Shown in pieces: positions 19,905 to 29,192 of a DNA stretch of 61,470 nt. A program made the translations under genes and the position numbers. Source of the stretch: a virus (taxonomy: Duplodnaviria > Caudoviricetes); the IMG/VR virus record IMGVR_UViG_3300034200_001057, positions 1 through 61,470 of that record; one strand, 5' to 3'. The notes below the pieces were generated by a model, which saw nothing but the letters and a program-made list of their open reading frames with translations, searched no databases and was not told the origin of the DNA. Every line of letters begins with the position of its first letter. Position 1 is the stretch's first letter.

Positions 19905-19995
19905 AAGTTCCCAATTTCGCGGTCGTGTAAATAAGGACTAGCGGCGATCGGCAGCCGGTAAGGTATAGAGGATTTTGATCCCCCCTCCGTATCTC
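19905..19995 (-). other. Candidate cos / packaging-initiation region
   Basis: Non-coding gap after the HNH gene with minus-strand GGAGGGGGATCAAAATCC...ACCG...CGCGAAATT, resembling cos regions of HNH/P27-terS phages (inference). Confidence 0.4.
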
Positions 19996-20070
19996 ACTGA
20001 AATCACTCGCCGTTTTATTTTTCATCATGGGTATACCGTTGTTTGTCTTTCCATTTCCCCGCGCCAGCCT

Positions 20071-20439
20071 CTAGAACGATACCTTACCTCTTGACTCATC
20101 ACTGCGCTTCACAGCATGGCATGCATCGCACAACGGCTGGAGGTTCGAGTCGGATAACCTCGCACCGCCTGAGCGAATGCCCTGGATATGGTCCACCATA
20201 GTGGCCGGTGTTACCCGTCCGTTCCTTCTACACTCTCGGCACCATGGCTCTAAGCGTAGTACCGCCTTACGCTTGCTCTGCCAAATCGCCGAATCATAGA
20301 ACCGCTTATCATCACGTATCTCAGGCCGTGCGTTACGCTCTGCCCATAAAGCCTTACGGTGTAGGTCACAGTAGTTCCCTGTAGTGGCGTAGCCAGCACA
20401 TCCACCGTGTACGCATGCTCGAGGGGCTTTAGTTGGCAT
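20071..20439 (-). CDS. Terminase-associated HNH endonuclease (HK97 gp74-like)
   Basis: MPTKAPRAC..GGC, EPWCREC, VDHI, NLQPLCDACHAVK; start reassigned to ATG 20439. Confidence 0.92.
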   Translation of the reverse strand: MPTKAPRACVHGGCAGYATTGNYCDLHRKALWAERNARPEIRDDKRFYDSAIWQSKRKAVLRLEPWCRECRRNGRVTPATMVDHIQGIRSGGARLSDSNLQPLCDACHAVKRSDESRGKVSF

Positions 20440-20653
20440 GATACCCTGGTTTGAATAGACACTTACGCCCATCGCTATCAGCGAACACGAAGCCACCGTT
20501 AGCCACGCATGCCCTATCCTCGCTAGCCTCTCGCTCTCTGTTCTCCTTAATGACCGCACGCTGTGCTTGGTTTAAGTGGTAAATACCCCAAAAGCATACG
20601 GCAATCATCAGGGATGCAGAAAACCCAATAATCACATATTCAGCCCTTTCCAT
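20429..20653 (-). CDS. Small membrane protein
   Basis: N-terminal hydrophobic helix; SD upstream; overlaps both neighbours. Confidence 0.55.
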   Translation of the reverse strand: MERAEYVIIGFSASLMIAVCFWGIYHLNQAQRAVIKENREREASEDRACVANGGFVFADSDGRKCLFKPGYHAN

Positions 20654-20864
20654 CGCTCTCCTTGAACACATCGGGCCTAATCAACGCACGAGGCACGCCC
20701 ATCTCTTTCTCAATCCGTAACGCTACACGGACAGGTACAGGCAGTGAGCCACTGAGGTACCGGCTGATGGTGCTCTGGTCTATCCCTAGCTTCTCCGCCA
20801 GCTCTCGCTGTACGCCGCCTACTTTCCTCAGTGCCAATGCTATACCCTCGTTACTATCTGCCAT
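20640..20864 (-). CDS. Cro/YdaS-like HTH regulator
   Basis: GGVQRELAEKLGIDQSTISRYL...IRPDVF. Confidence 0.85.
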   Translation of the reverse strand: MADSNEGIALALRKVGGVQRELAEKLGIDQSTISRYLSGSLPVPVRVALRIEKEMGVPRALIRPDVFKESDGKG

Positions 20865-21207
20865 TCTTCCATATTGCCACGCTACCGCATCGACGCGCAA
20901 CCTTTTCCTTCCGTCTCTCTTCTGCCTCACGTACAACGTGGGTCATGATGACGCGGTAGAACCACTCAGGGTCAAAGGGAAGATGGTCGCATATCCACCG
21001 AAAGGAAAAGGGTATTCTTTCGTTGCAGTAAAAGAACTTCTCAGCTTCTCGCCTATGGTGCGTTTGGGTCTTAGCCTTCCCGACGTAATCGAGGATTGCA
21101 CGCTCAACGATTGCAAGAAGTAGGTTGTGTTCGGGGAGTAGGTATACCTGGAGGTTGAGCTCTGACCATAGGGCCATCTGATGATCTTGTGGTTTCATCC
21201 CGTCCAT
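20854..21207 (-). CDS. Hypothetical phage protein (possible transcription regulator)
   Basis: PEHNLLLAIVERAILDY...FSFRWICDHL; co-oriented within the operon. Confidence 0.55.
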   Translation of the reverse strand: MDGMKPQDHQMALWSELNLQVYLLPEHNLLLAIVERAILDYVGKAKTQTHHRREAEKFFYCNERIPFSFRWICDHLPFDPEWFYRVIMTHVVREAEERRKEKVARRCGSVAIWKNGR

Positions 21208-21251
21208 AACCTGATGCGTACACGTTCACACCGAAAGGTATCAGGGAATGG

Positions 21252-21758
21252 TTAAACAAACAAATCAATTTTGATGGAGTAGTGGGTACAGAAGTAGCTC
21301 AGGGCCTCCTGCCAATCATAGGCCACATAACAACCGTAGCCTTGAGCTGCCATAGCATCGAGGAACTCTTGTTGCTCTTTGGTCACGGTGTTGGGTCGTC
21401 GCTTCATTTCAAGAATGAACCCGTGGTGTTCAGGGGTAGGTATCAGCGAGATGATGTCTGAGACGCCACTGAGCATGCCTTCCTTCCACGCCCTGAGCCG
21501 CATAGTCTTTGACCGTAGGAAGCCATTCGGTACCGCGAATGCCCAGCGTGCCGCCGGATGGTCGACTCTTCGGAGTATCGAGATAAGCGTCGCCTGGTGC
21601 CAGTGCTCTGAGTTATGGCCGCTTGGGAGCTTTGCAGGTTTGCGGGCTGAGCGTTCTAGGGCTCTCTTGGGGCGGTAGGTCGTTTTGGGTCTGGTTGGTC
21701 TTGGTGCCACTGTCTTGAGGGTAGCACCTGTGAGTCGTTTCAGGCTAGGTAGTACCAA
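21252..21758 (-). CDS. VRR-NUC (PD-(D/E)xK) nuclease
   Basis: SEHWHQ, FAVPNG, EGMLSGVSD, LEMKR, EQQEFL..M..QGY. Confidence 0.85.
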   Translation of the reverse strand: MVLPSLKRLTGATLKTVAPRPTRPKTTYRPKRALERSARKPAKLPSGHNSEHWHQATLISILRRVDHPAARWAFAVPNGFLRSKTMRLRAWKEGMLSGVSDIISLIPTPEHHGFILEMKRRPNTVTKEQQEFLDAMAAQGYGCYVAYDWQEALSYFCTHYSIKIDLFV

Positions 21759-21759
21759 C

Positions 21760-22143
21760 CATGACGGTAGTTACTTCAGTGACAGTACATACAGTTCCTA
21801 TTCTCTATATATTTCACTTGGTAGTCTTTTTGGTAGTTTTAGCCATTCCTACCATATTTACTACCATTTACTTCTTATAGTTCTTTATTTTACTGTCACT
21901 ACTGTCACTAAAAAGAACTAGATAATAAAAACAATAGAATACAGGTGACAGTTGACCTGTACAGTGCTGTCACCCCTTACTGTCACTGTCATCGCTAACC
22001 TATTGAATGCTGGAAGCAAAGGACTACGACGGTAGTAATTCGCTACGCCTACCTCTACCGATATGGCTACTCAAAAGACTACCGAAACTACTACGAAAGT
22101 AGCATGGTAGTGTCATGTCACTAAATTGCTGTCACTAGCTGTC
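21760..22143. repeat. Putative replication origin with CTGTCAC and GGTAGT/ACTAC iterons
   Basis: AT-rich non-coding tract directly downstream of the primase-helicase, with about 7 CTGTCAC/GTGACAG and many CTAC/GTAG units in both orientations. Confidence 0.65.
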
Positions 22144-24462
22144 TTAGAAAGGAGGGTCTGAGAGGTCCTGTAGTGTCACTGTATCGAAGGCCCCGTCTTT
22201 ATTTAGGACCATACCCGAGTACCCGCGCCCCATCCCGTGATGGTAGCTTTCCGCCCTTGTACCTATAGAGCTCTTAAGGCGCTTACTAAAAGACTCCTTA
22301 GTGCCCGTCCTGAACTGAGCACCTTGGCACCATTCTTTAAAGTAAGCCCAAATGTCATTAAAGGGGGCTTTAGCGTATGGGTCATTGACGAATGCGACAC
22401 AATCACGAATGAAGCACTTAACCGCATCGTTACTGATGTCGATGTCTTCAACCATACGCTTTCCGGCTTCTGACTGAATAAGTTTCTCCCCGGCCATAAT
22501 CGCCCTTGAGCCTTCGAGCGCCCAATTAAGGATACCGGGAATCTCTCCCTGAAGTTTCTCACCTAGCTTTGTATCCTCGCGACCGATAAAGGATTCCTGG
22601 AAGTCGAAGCCAATCATTCGGTTAGTCATCGAGTTCTCATCGTTGATGAAGTTCGGCATACCGTTGCAAACGAACATAATCTTGCATGGGAGTGTCTGAG
22701 TGAGCATAGGCATACCTTTCCTGTTGATAGGAATGGAATCATTGCCGGTAATGGTCTTGATGCGTTCTGTGGCTATGTGGCACTTATCCCCATGGGCCTT
22801 CTCAGCATCGTTAAAGATAGCGGCACGTTTTCCAAGCACGGACTCGAGGCCGAACTCGTTCCCGAAGGAGTGCATGGCGCATGCTGCATAATTGTTGTGT
22901 CCTATAAGGGACTCAATCACTCGCACGATGGTTCCTTTACCTGCACGAGATTTCCCTTTGAAGACGGCGAACTTTTGTTGACTCATATCGGCTATGAGAA
23001 GGTAGCCAATCCAACGCCGTAGGGCCTCTTTCTGCTCTTCGTCTTTTCCCCAGATGGAATCAAGGAACCATTTGAATGTAGGACAATCGGCTTCTGGGGT
23101 GTAGGGAAAGGGGAGGCAGGTAAATGAGAACCAATCTGAGCTATGTGGGTAAAGGTGCCCGGTGCTAATCTCGAGAATACCATTAGAGCAAGAGATAAAC
23201 TCACCCGTGCGACCTGTGAACCAACTATCAGGCTTTAGTTCTCTATCGGGGTTAGTACCTTGGATAACGAGCTTAAGCATCTTTGTCATTCCGAGGAGCT
23301 GTGAGGCATTTACTAGCTTATGAAGGTTATTGTCCGAGGCTTCAATGTCGGCAAGGACAACGCCGGCCATTGCCTCATCGGTCATGTACTTCCATCGCCT
23401 TTCTCGTGGAATATAGCTATAGAACTGCCCCGAGGAAGCGATAGTCATCCTTGGATTGCGAGCGATAAACGTCTGAGCACAGATGACTGGGTGCTTTGGC
23501 TGATAAAGAGGTAATGGCGGGGGTGTTTCTTCAATTGCCGCCTCTATTTCTTCTTCGGTAGGCATATCGGGGAATAAGGCGTTTAATGCATTATTGCCGG
23601 GCTTATTCTGACAGTGTTTATAGGCATTAAGTATCTTTGTCTTTAGTTCCTCAGTGCTCCATGGCGGTATACACCTTGGATTATAGTTCTCGATTAGGAC
23701 CTTAAGGGCCATTTTCTTAGAGAGCCCGAAGTCGGCACAGATTGCAGCGGCTCTATAGGTCTGATTATCACCACCCTTACCTTGTATTGCTTCCTCGTGC
23801 CCTTTAAGGACATCAATACATCTCTGTACATTTGCTTCTGAGTCATCGTAGGATAGGACGCCACCGTCATCACTTTCACGACTTTTCTTAAGGTTCTCGA
23901 ATGCGGCGAGCTCGTTAATAATCCACTGAGGGAGAATATCTGCCTCATACTTTACATCGATTAGAGTAAGGCCGTTGTCAATCTTGTATTGGTCGCCGCT
24001 CCTATGAATACTTGGCCAGGTAACTACCTGTTTACCACCGTCAGCTAGTACATCAACGCCAGGGAATAGCCTGATTCTTGAGGGGACGTATATATCTGGT
24101 CCAGGGTGCCTGAAGTAGAGGTGGAGATTGTTCCCTCTGCGTTCAAGAATGAAAGCACCTAATTGTTGCTCGTGCTCGAAGAACCATGCTTGCCCTGATG
24201 CTCCATCGAGGTCGATGCAAACGATGCCGGATGACGCGCCGGTAATAACTCCGACATTCTGATTCTTCTTAGAGTTAAATTCAGCCGTAAACTCTGAAGG
24301 TGTTAACCTCCTATTTTGCCAATTGACGAGAGTGGGCTGCTTTCCTGCATCGCGTTTCCCGCACTTAGGGGAAGAGATAACAGTAACGTTAATACCCGCT
24401 TCAATATAACTTAATGCCGTTGAAAGGCATGATTCTTGAGACTCCGAGACCTCGACTTGCAT
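22144..24462 (-). CDS. Bifunctional primase-polymerase (Prim-Pol) fused to D5/P4-type SF3 helicase
   Basis: NVGVITG..SGIVCIDLD, LHLYF, PSIHRSG; PriCT-like NPRCIPPW; Walker A GKSRAGKGT; MFVCN.MP. Confidence 0.92.
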   Translation of the reverse strand: MQVEVSESQESCLSTALSYIEAGINVTVISSPKCGKRDAGKQPTLVNWQNRRLTPSEFTAEFNSKKNQNVGVITGASSGIVCIDLDGASGQAWFFEHEQQLGAFILERRGNNLHLYFRHPGPDIYVPSRIRLFPGVDVLADGGKQVVTWPSIHRSGDQYKIDNGLTLIDVKYEADILPQWIINELAAFENLKKSRESDDGGVLSYDDSEANVQRCIDVLKGHEEAIQGKGGDNQTYRAAAICADFGLSKKMALKVLIENYNPRCIPPWSTEELKTKILNAYKHCQNKPGNNALNALFPDMPTEEEIEAAIEETPPPLPLYQPKHPVICAQTFIARNPRMTIASSGQFYSYIPRERRWKYMTDEAMAGVVLADIEASDNNLHKLVNASQLLGMTKMLKLVIQGTNPDRELKPDSWFTGRTGEFISCSNGILEISTGHLYPHSSDWFSFTCLPFPYTPEADCPTFKWFLDSIWGKDEEQKEALRRWIGYLLIADMSQQKFAVFKGKSRAGKGTIVRVIESLIGHNNYAACAMHSFGNEFGLESVLGKRAAIFNDAEKAHGDKCHIATERIKTITGNDSIPINRKGMPMLTQTLPCKIMFVCNGMPNFINDENSMTNRMIGFDFQESFIGREDTKLGEKLQGEIPGILNWALEGSRAIMAGEKLIQSEAGKRMVEDIDISNDAVKCFIRDCVAFVNDPYAKAPFNDIWAYFKEWCQGAQFRTGTKESFSKRLKSSIGTRAESYHHGMGRGYSGMVLNKDGAFDTVTLQDLSDPPF

Positions 24463-24469
24463 AGGGCTC

Positions 24470-24649
24470 CTAGTTGTTGCTTGTTTTAGTGTTCAATGAT
24501 TCTTCCAGAGCCCGAAGGCCGCGAGCAAGTACCTTATTGTTGGAAAGCATTAGTTTCTTAGAGAGCTTTAAGAGTAGTCTCTCCTCTTCTTTTGTTAGTC
24601 GTACGCTATGTGGTCTTGTTGGTTGTACCCAAGGTTTTTTTGTGTTCAT
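24470..24649 (-). CDS. Small ribbon-helix-helix (CopG-like) regulator, not in the ORF track
   Basis: MNTKKPWVQPTRPHSVRLTKEEERLLLKLSKKLMLSNNKVLARGLRAL (59 aa); its stop abuts the primase SD. Confidence 0.6.
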   Translation of the reverse strand: MNTKKPWVQPTRPHSVRLTKEEERLLLKLSKKLMLSNNKVLARGLRALEESLNTKTSNN

Positions 24650-24746
24650 AAATGACTTAAAAAAGTAGTTGCCTATTGAATCCCTATAGTGCTATAAGTT
24701 CGATCAGTAATCAACATATAAAGTGTTGCGCGAACGAATACGCACT

Positions 24747-26057
24747 ATGGAAGAAAGGAACCCATTCCCATATCAGGAGGAAGGAGCAAGGGCACTTACC
24801 TCTTTTATTACCTCTAATTCATCTCGAGGCGCATTACTTGCCGACCCACCAGGGGCAGGAAAGACGGTCCAAGCTATTCTTACTGCTAGGTATCTTCAGG
24901 CATTAACTATCCTTGTAATCTGCCCCGCCTCTTTAAGATTAAATTGGCAAAGAGAATTCAAGATGTGGTGGCCTGAGAAAACAACTAGCGTTATACGCAA
25001 GGGGAAGGATGAGCCAGAGGGGGAGGTAGTTATTATCTCCTATAACCTTGCATCACGTAGCGAAGTCTCTACTTTGCTCGGACGAATGCAGTGGGACTTT
25101 TTAATACTCGATGAAGCCCATGCGTGTAAGAACCCAGCTTCGAATACTTCTAGGGCATGTCTCGTTACTATCTGGAACTCGTGCCGCTATCGCCTTGCAA
25201 TGACTGGTACCCCAGTGCCAAACGGTCGTGCATTTGAAGCGTGGACGCTATTCTCGAGGCTGCTACCGAGTCGCTTTGGTGAATCTTCCCGTTACATAGA
25301 ACGGTACTGTATTCCCGAACATACAGATTGGGGAGTCACGTACCCGCATAGTAAGAACCTAGAGGAGCTTGGCCGCATTGCCCGAGAGTACTTTATGGTC
25401 CGCCGTCGTAGGGAAGAAATCCTTGGGCAATTGCCTGACCTAATTCGGTGCCGTGTGCCTCTTGAGGTTCCTCGATTGAAGGTGCAGGATGCTATCAAAG
25501 ATCTAGATGTCGATACCGAGGATGTCGTTTACTCTATAGACATGAACATCCCTCTTAGAAGTGATGCGTTGAGCACTGCCCGAAGGAAGCTAGGGATACT
25601 AAAGGTTGAGCCGGCTATTGAGTACGTAAAGAGCGTAGTACTTGAGGAGACCAACAAGGTCGTTGTGTTCTGCCATCATCGTGAAGTGTTCTTTCCTCTT
25701 CTTGAGGGCTTGAAGAGGGAAGGCGTTGTGTCGATTAATGGAACCACTTCTCTCGATGACCGACAGAGGGCAATTGACGCATTTCAGAATGATGACAAGG
25801 TAAGGGTGTTTCTCGCATCGATTACCGCAGCCTCAACGGGCATTACGCTTACGGCGGCAAGTACTGTGGTATTCGTTGAGGCCGATTGGGTGCCTTCAGT
25901 TAATGAGCAAGCAGAGGGGCGTATAAACAGAATCGGCCAACGGGCCGACCTCATGCGAGCGATCTACCTCGTAGTACCTGATTCGCTTGATGAGGCAGTG
26001 ATGTGGAGCGTTCATAGGAAACAAAGGAATATTGGGAAAGTTTTACAGGAGAGATAA
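24747..26057 (+). CDS. SNF2-family helicase
   Basis: PFPYQEEG, LADPPGAGKT, ICPASL..NW, LDEAH, MTGTP, QAEGRINRIGQ. Confidence 0.93.
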   Translation: MEERNPFPYQEEGARALTSFITSNSSRGALLADPPGAGKTVQAILTARYLQALTILVICPASLRLNWQREFKMWWPEKTTSVIRKGKDEPEGEVVIISYNLASRSEVSTLLGRMQWDFLILDEAHACKNPASNTSRACLVTIWNSCRYRLAMTGTPVPNGRAFEAWTLFSRLLPSRFGESSRYIERYCIPEHTDWGVTYPHSKNLEELGRIAREYFMVRRRREEILGQLPDLIRCRVPLEVPRLKVQDAIKDLDVDTEDVVYSIDMNIPLRSDALSTARRKLGILKVEPAIEYVKSVVLEETNKVVVFCHHREVFFPLLEGLKREGVVSINGTTSLDDRQRAIDAFQNDDKVRVFLASITAASTGITLTAASTVVFVEADWVPSVNEQAEGRINRIGQRADLMRAIYLVVPDSLDEAVMWSVHRKQRNIGKVLQER

Positions 26058-26058
26058 A

Positions 26059-26283
26059 ATGGATAGAGAGGAAATTGATTTACTTGGGTTGCGGTCGGTC
26101 ATAAAGCGACATGGAATCAATGCCGCTACACCTATGGTGCAGTCGTTAGCGGACGTATGCCAGGAGCTTCGAGCAAGGATAAGGAAGCTTGAAAGCGAAA
26201 ACACCCAAATGATGTGGGAAACATTGGCATTAGAGGGAGAGGTTGACGAACTCAAGAGGTTCATCAAGAAGTTTGAAAATTAA
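26059..26283 (+). CDS. Hypothetical coiled-coil protein
   Basis: SD GGAG, ATG 26059; heptad pattern. Confidence 0.55.
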   Translation: MDREEIDLLGLRSVIKRHGINAATPMVQSLADVCQELRARIRKLESENTQMMWETLALEGEVDELKRFIKKFEN

Positions 26284-26356
26284 CTGTACCCGATGCGACC
26301 ACGCGCCCAAGTCCGGGAAATGGTCATTAGGGGAATGTGTACGAGGAGTACATAGT

Positions 26357-26941
26357 ATGGGAAAGGATGTATACGGCGAAAGATTTAACACACCGATTGG
26401 GCGTGTAAGTTATCCGCATGTGTTTAAGAAGGGACAGGGTAAGGATGGAAAGGAGGGGAAGTTTGAAATAACGCTTCTACTTCCTAAGAAAACTACCGAC
26501 ATTGCTGACCTAGAGAAACGCATTGATGAGGTTGGGACTAAGGCATTCAGTGGCGCTTGGGTCAACATTAAGAAGAAAAAGCCCGTTGTCAGAGATGGCG
26601 ATGAGTGGGCCGACGAGAAGAAGGCAGAAGGGAAGGATGCTGAGGTCTATCGTGGTAACTGGTACATCAAGGCACGAACTTCGAAGCGACCTGGTGTAGT
26701 TGGTCCTGATAAGACCCCGATTGCTGAGGAGGATGAGCTCTTTTACGGCGGCTGTTACGCAAGGGCTAATGTGACCCCAGGCAGTTATGACAATGAGTCA
26801 AAGGGGGTTACGCTCTACCTTAACGCGGTCCAGAAGGTAAGAGACGGCGAAAGGTTTGGCGGTGGAGGCGTTGATCCTGATTCAGTGTTCGATGCCTTTG
26901 AGGATTCAGCGTCATCGAGCACGGAGGAAGATGGCTTCTAG
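26357..26941 (+). CDS. Single-stranded DNA-binding protein (DUF2815 / T7 gp2.5-like)
   Basis: GRVSYPHVF, RDGD, FYGGCYARANV, GVTLYLNAVQKVRDGERFGG, acidic tail ending in F. Confidence 0.9.
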   Translation: MGKDVYGERFNTPIGRVSYPHVFKKGQGKDGKEGKFEITLLLPKKTTDIADLEKRIDEVGTKAFSGAWVNIKKKKPVVRDGDEWADEKKAEGKDAEVYRGNWYIKARTSKRPGVVGPDKTPIAEEDELFYGGCYARANVTPGSYDNESKGVTLYLNAVQKVRDGERFGGGGVDPDSVFDAFEDSASSSTEEDGF

Positions 26942-27830
26942 TACTAAGAAGGAAGTTAAGGGAGCGCCGCCGAAGGGCGGTGCCCCTACAATTATCACAG
27001 AGAAACCAAAGAGCGACCACGCATTTAGGAGGCATGCGCTCTGTAGTGCATCGAGTTCTGAGAGGTGGTTGAATTGTCCAGGATCGGTGTCTCTCTCTTT
27101 ACAGGCTCCACCGGATAAACCGAGCCCAGCGGCGGCTGAGGGTACGAGGTGCCATGAGCTTGCAGAGAAGATACTAGAGGAGTGGGCGAAGAACGGAAGG
27201 AAGCTCGACAATGAACTAATTGAAATTAAGCGTAGACGCTACTCCGACACTAGGGATGAAAAGACCGGATGGGACATGGTCGACTATGCGATGACATACG
27301 TAAATACATGCATAGCGACTATAGAGGAAGAGTTCGATAAAGGGACGAAGGTTGATCATCGCCTCGAGCATCGACTCACACTTAATGCCGATATGAAGAT
27401 GTTTGGTATTGCCGACTTTCTTGCTACGGGATTTAAAGGCGGTGAGCCGTTCGGGGTTGTGTGTGACCTAAAGTATGGAAAGACGAGAGTAAAGGCAGAT
27501 GGGAATAGCCAACTAGCTTTTTATGCCGTTGCGTTAAAGAAGAATAGTAAGAAGGCCCTAAAGTCTGTGAAGGCTAGAGTTGTACAGCCTCGCATTGGGC
27601 ACTGGTTATCTGAGGTTGAGTATACTAGTGAAGAGTTAAACGCATGGGATGAGCGGTTAACCCTTGGGGCTGAGAAAGCATTGCTTCAAATTGGAAGCAC
27701 GAAACCAGAATTAAAAACAGGAAAGTGGTGTTTTTTTTGTCCCGCATCGAGCATTTGCTCAGCGAAAGCGAATGAGTCAGTGACTTGTTTTGATGAGGTG
27801 ACTAAGGATGATATCGGTATCTTTGGATAG
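26931..27830 (+). CDS. Cas4-like PD-(D/E)xK exonuclease (DUF2800)
   Basis: HALCSASSSERWLNCPGS, AAEGTRCHELAE, FGIADF, DLKYG, QLAFYA, WCFFCPA..C. Confidence 0.9.
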   Translation: MASSTKKEVKGAPPKGGAPTIITEKPKSDHAFRRHALCSASSSERWLNCPGSVSLSLQAPPDKPSPAAAEGTRCHELAEKILEEWAKNGRKLDNELIEIKRRRYSDTRDEKTGWDMVDYAMTYVNTCIATIEEEFDKGTKVDHRLEHRLTLNADMKMFGIADFLATGFKGGEPFGVVCDLKYGKTRVKADGNSQLAFYAVALKKNSKKALKSVKARVVQPRIGHWLSEVEYTSEELNAWDERLTLGAEKALLQIGSTKPELKTGKWCFFCPASSICSAKANESVTCFDEVTKDDIGIFG

Positions 27831-27837
27831 AGGGGGA

Positions 27838-28197
27838 ATGAGTAGCAAAGGAGTCAAACTACCAGGCGAAGAGGGCGAATGGGAGCCGTTTGAATTCACG
27901 TTTACTGGAGAGCCTGGTGATAGTGCGATGGTTGAGATCCATAATTGGCCGGGGTCGAATAACGTGCGGGTGTATGTGCGGGTGCGAGAGGCGGAGGCGG
28001 TGAAGCTAAAACCTTTCGATGCTGTATCGGTCCACCACCATGGGCGTAATGTGATTTGGACTGGTGAGACAGGGCAGTTTGCAAGTGGCCAGGTGTGTCA
28101 TATTGGCAAGGATGACATGGGCAATGAGACTCGGTTCTCACTTGAAGAAGTCGTGTTGGTATGGCGCAACGGTGAGGTAGTATGGCCGAAGTCCTAA
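27838..28197 (+). CDS. Hypothetical protein
   Basis: SD-preceded ATG; continues the replication operon. Confidence 0.5.
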   Translation: MSSKGVKLPGEEGEWEPFEFTFTGEPGDSAMVEIHNWPGSNNVRVYVRVREAEAVKLKPFDAVSVHHHGRNVIWTGETGQFASGQVCHIGKDDMGNETRFSLEEVVLVWRNGEVVWPKS

Positions 28198-28418
28198 CCC
28201 CCGCAAGCCTCAAAGAACTCATCGACGCTTACGCCGGTGATGTTGCTGATGTACTGCCAGTACATATCGGGGATGCCGCGTACTCGCCATTGGCGTAAGG
28301 CGAACTGGGAGACATCTTTCTTGAACGATTCGGTGAGCTTGTAGGATAGAACGATGTCGCCGCCAGCTAGTGAGATGACGCGATCAACGAACACTCTGTT
28401 GATTATTTTTTTTCTCAT
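28194..28418 (-). CDS. Cro-like HTH regulator, probably leaderless
   Basis: VISLAGG..LS..L...VSQFALRQWRVRGIP..YW; ATG 6 nt downstream of a predicted -10. Confidence 0.7.
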   Translation of the reverse strand: MRKKIINRVFVDRVISLAGGDIVLSYKLTESFKKDVSQFALRQWRVRGIPDMYWQYISNITGVSVDEFFEACGG

Positions 28419-28424
28419 TCTTTT

Positions 28425-28457
28425 ATGTTGACACGGTATGCAGTTACGTGTCAACCT
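28425..28457. promoter_or_regulatory. Overlapping divergent promoters / operator palindrome GTTGACACG-N11-CGTGTCAAC
   Basis: Perfect 9-bp inverted repeat 28427-28455 giving a TTGACA on each strand, between the Cro-like gene and the rightward operon. Confidence 0.65.
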
Positions 28458-28483
28458 GGAAACGCATTAAACATAGGAGGCAA

Positions 28484-28765
28484 ATGAAGAACTTACTTTT
28501 ATCAACCATAATTCTCTTGTGTACCGTCTCATCGGTACAGGCTCAATCATGCTACTCGATATCTCCGGGGACGCTTGCAATCAATCACCGCGTTGGGATA
28601 CTTCGAGGCGTGAACTTTACTGCAACGGTTAGTTGCTCACGGTTCGCGCCTATCTTTGTCTTTTGGCGTGGCGGTGCGATGTGTGAGGGACGAACGTTCT
28701 ATGGTCGCACGTTCTCGGGGATGCCGTTTGCATGCAGCGTGCGAAGCATTCGGAGGACCCGATGA
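28484..28765 (+). CDS. Small secreted Cys-containing protein
   Basis: SD AGGAGG; signal peptide MKNLLLSTIILLCTVSSVQA. Confidence 0.6.
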   Translation: MKNLLLSTIILLCTVSSVQAQSCYSISPGTLAINHRVGILRGVNFTATVSCSRFAPIFVFWRGGAMCEGRTFYGRTFSGMPFACSVRSIRRTR

Positions 28766-28941
28766 TGTACGAGGTACGTAGTCTTGATGGCGCAATCTTT
28801 GGAGTAGGACCGACTGAGCTCGACGCATGGATTAATGCGTTACGAAAGCGAGGGAAGCTTACTGACCTAAGATGCTTCTTGAAGTTGGTTCAGGCTATGA
28901 AGGAGGAGGGCACAACTCTGACTGTGTTGAAAATCTCATGA
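28762..28941 (+). CDS. Hypothetical protein
   Basis: GGAGG SD; ATGA-coupled to both neighbours. Confidence 0.5.
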   Translation: MMYEVRSLDGAIFGVGPTELDAWINALRKRGKLTDLRCFLKLVQAMKEEGTTLTVLKIS

Positions 28942-29192
28942 GCAGCGAACTGGACTGCACCCGAAAGCTCACGATGATCGCCAACACAGTCCACGGCGAA
29001 AAAGAGATTATGTGGGCTATGAGGGCAACAGACCTGATTCTTGCGTTGCATGATATTCGGGAGACATTTGTTCGCCTTAGGAACGATGGCGACACGGAGC
29101 CCGAGGTACTGCTTGGGGAGAATGGTTACGAGATAGTAAAACGTGCTCTTGATGACTATGGGCTTATTGACCTCTTGGAGACCGTAACCTAA
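28938..29192 (+). CDS. Hypothetical protein
   Basis: Translationally coupled ORF (MSSELDC...). Confidence 0.5.
   Translation: MSSELDCTRKLTMIANTVHGEKEIMWAMRATDLILALHDIRETFVRLRNDGDTEPEVLLGENGYEIVKRALDDYGLIDLLETVT

Noticed and set aside
26931-27830. CRISPR-associated Cas4
   Set aside because: No array or other cas genes seen; the context is the standard SSB/helicase recombination module.
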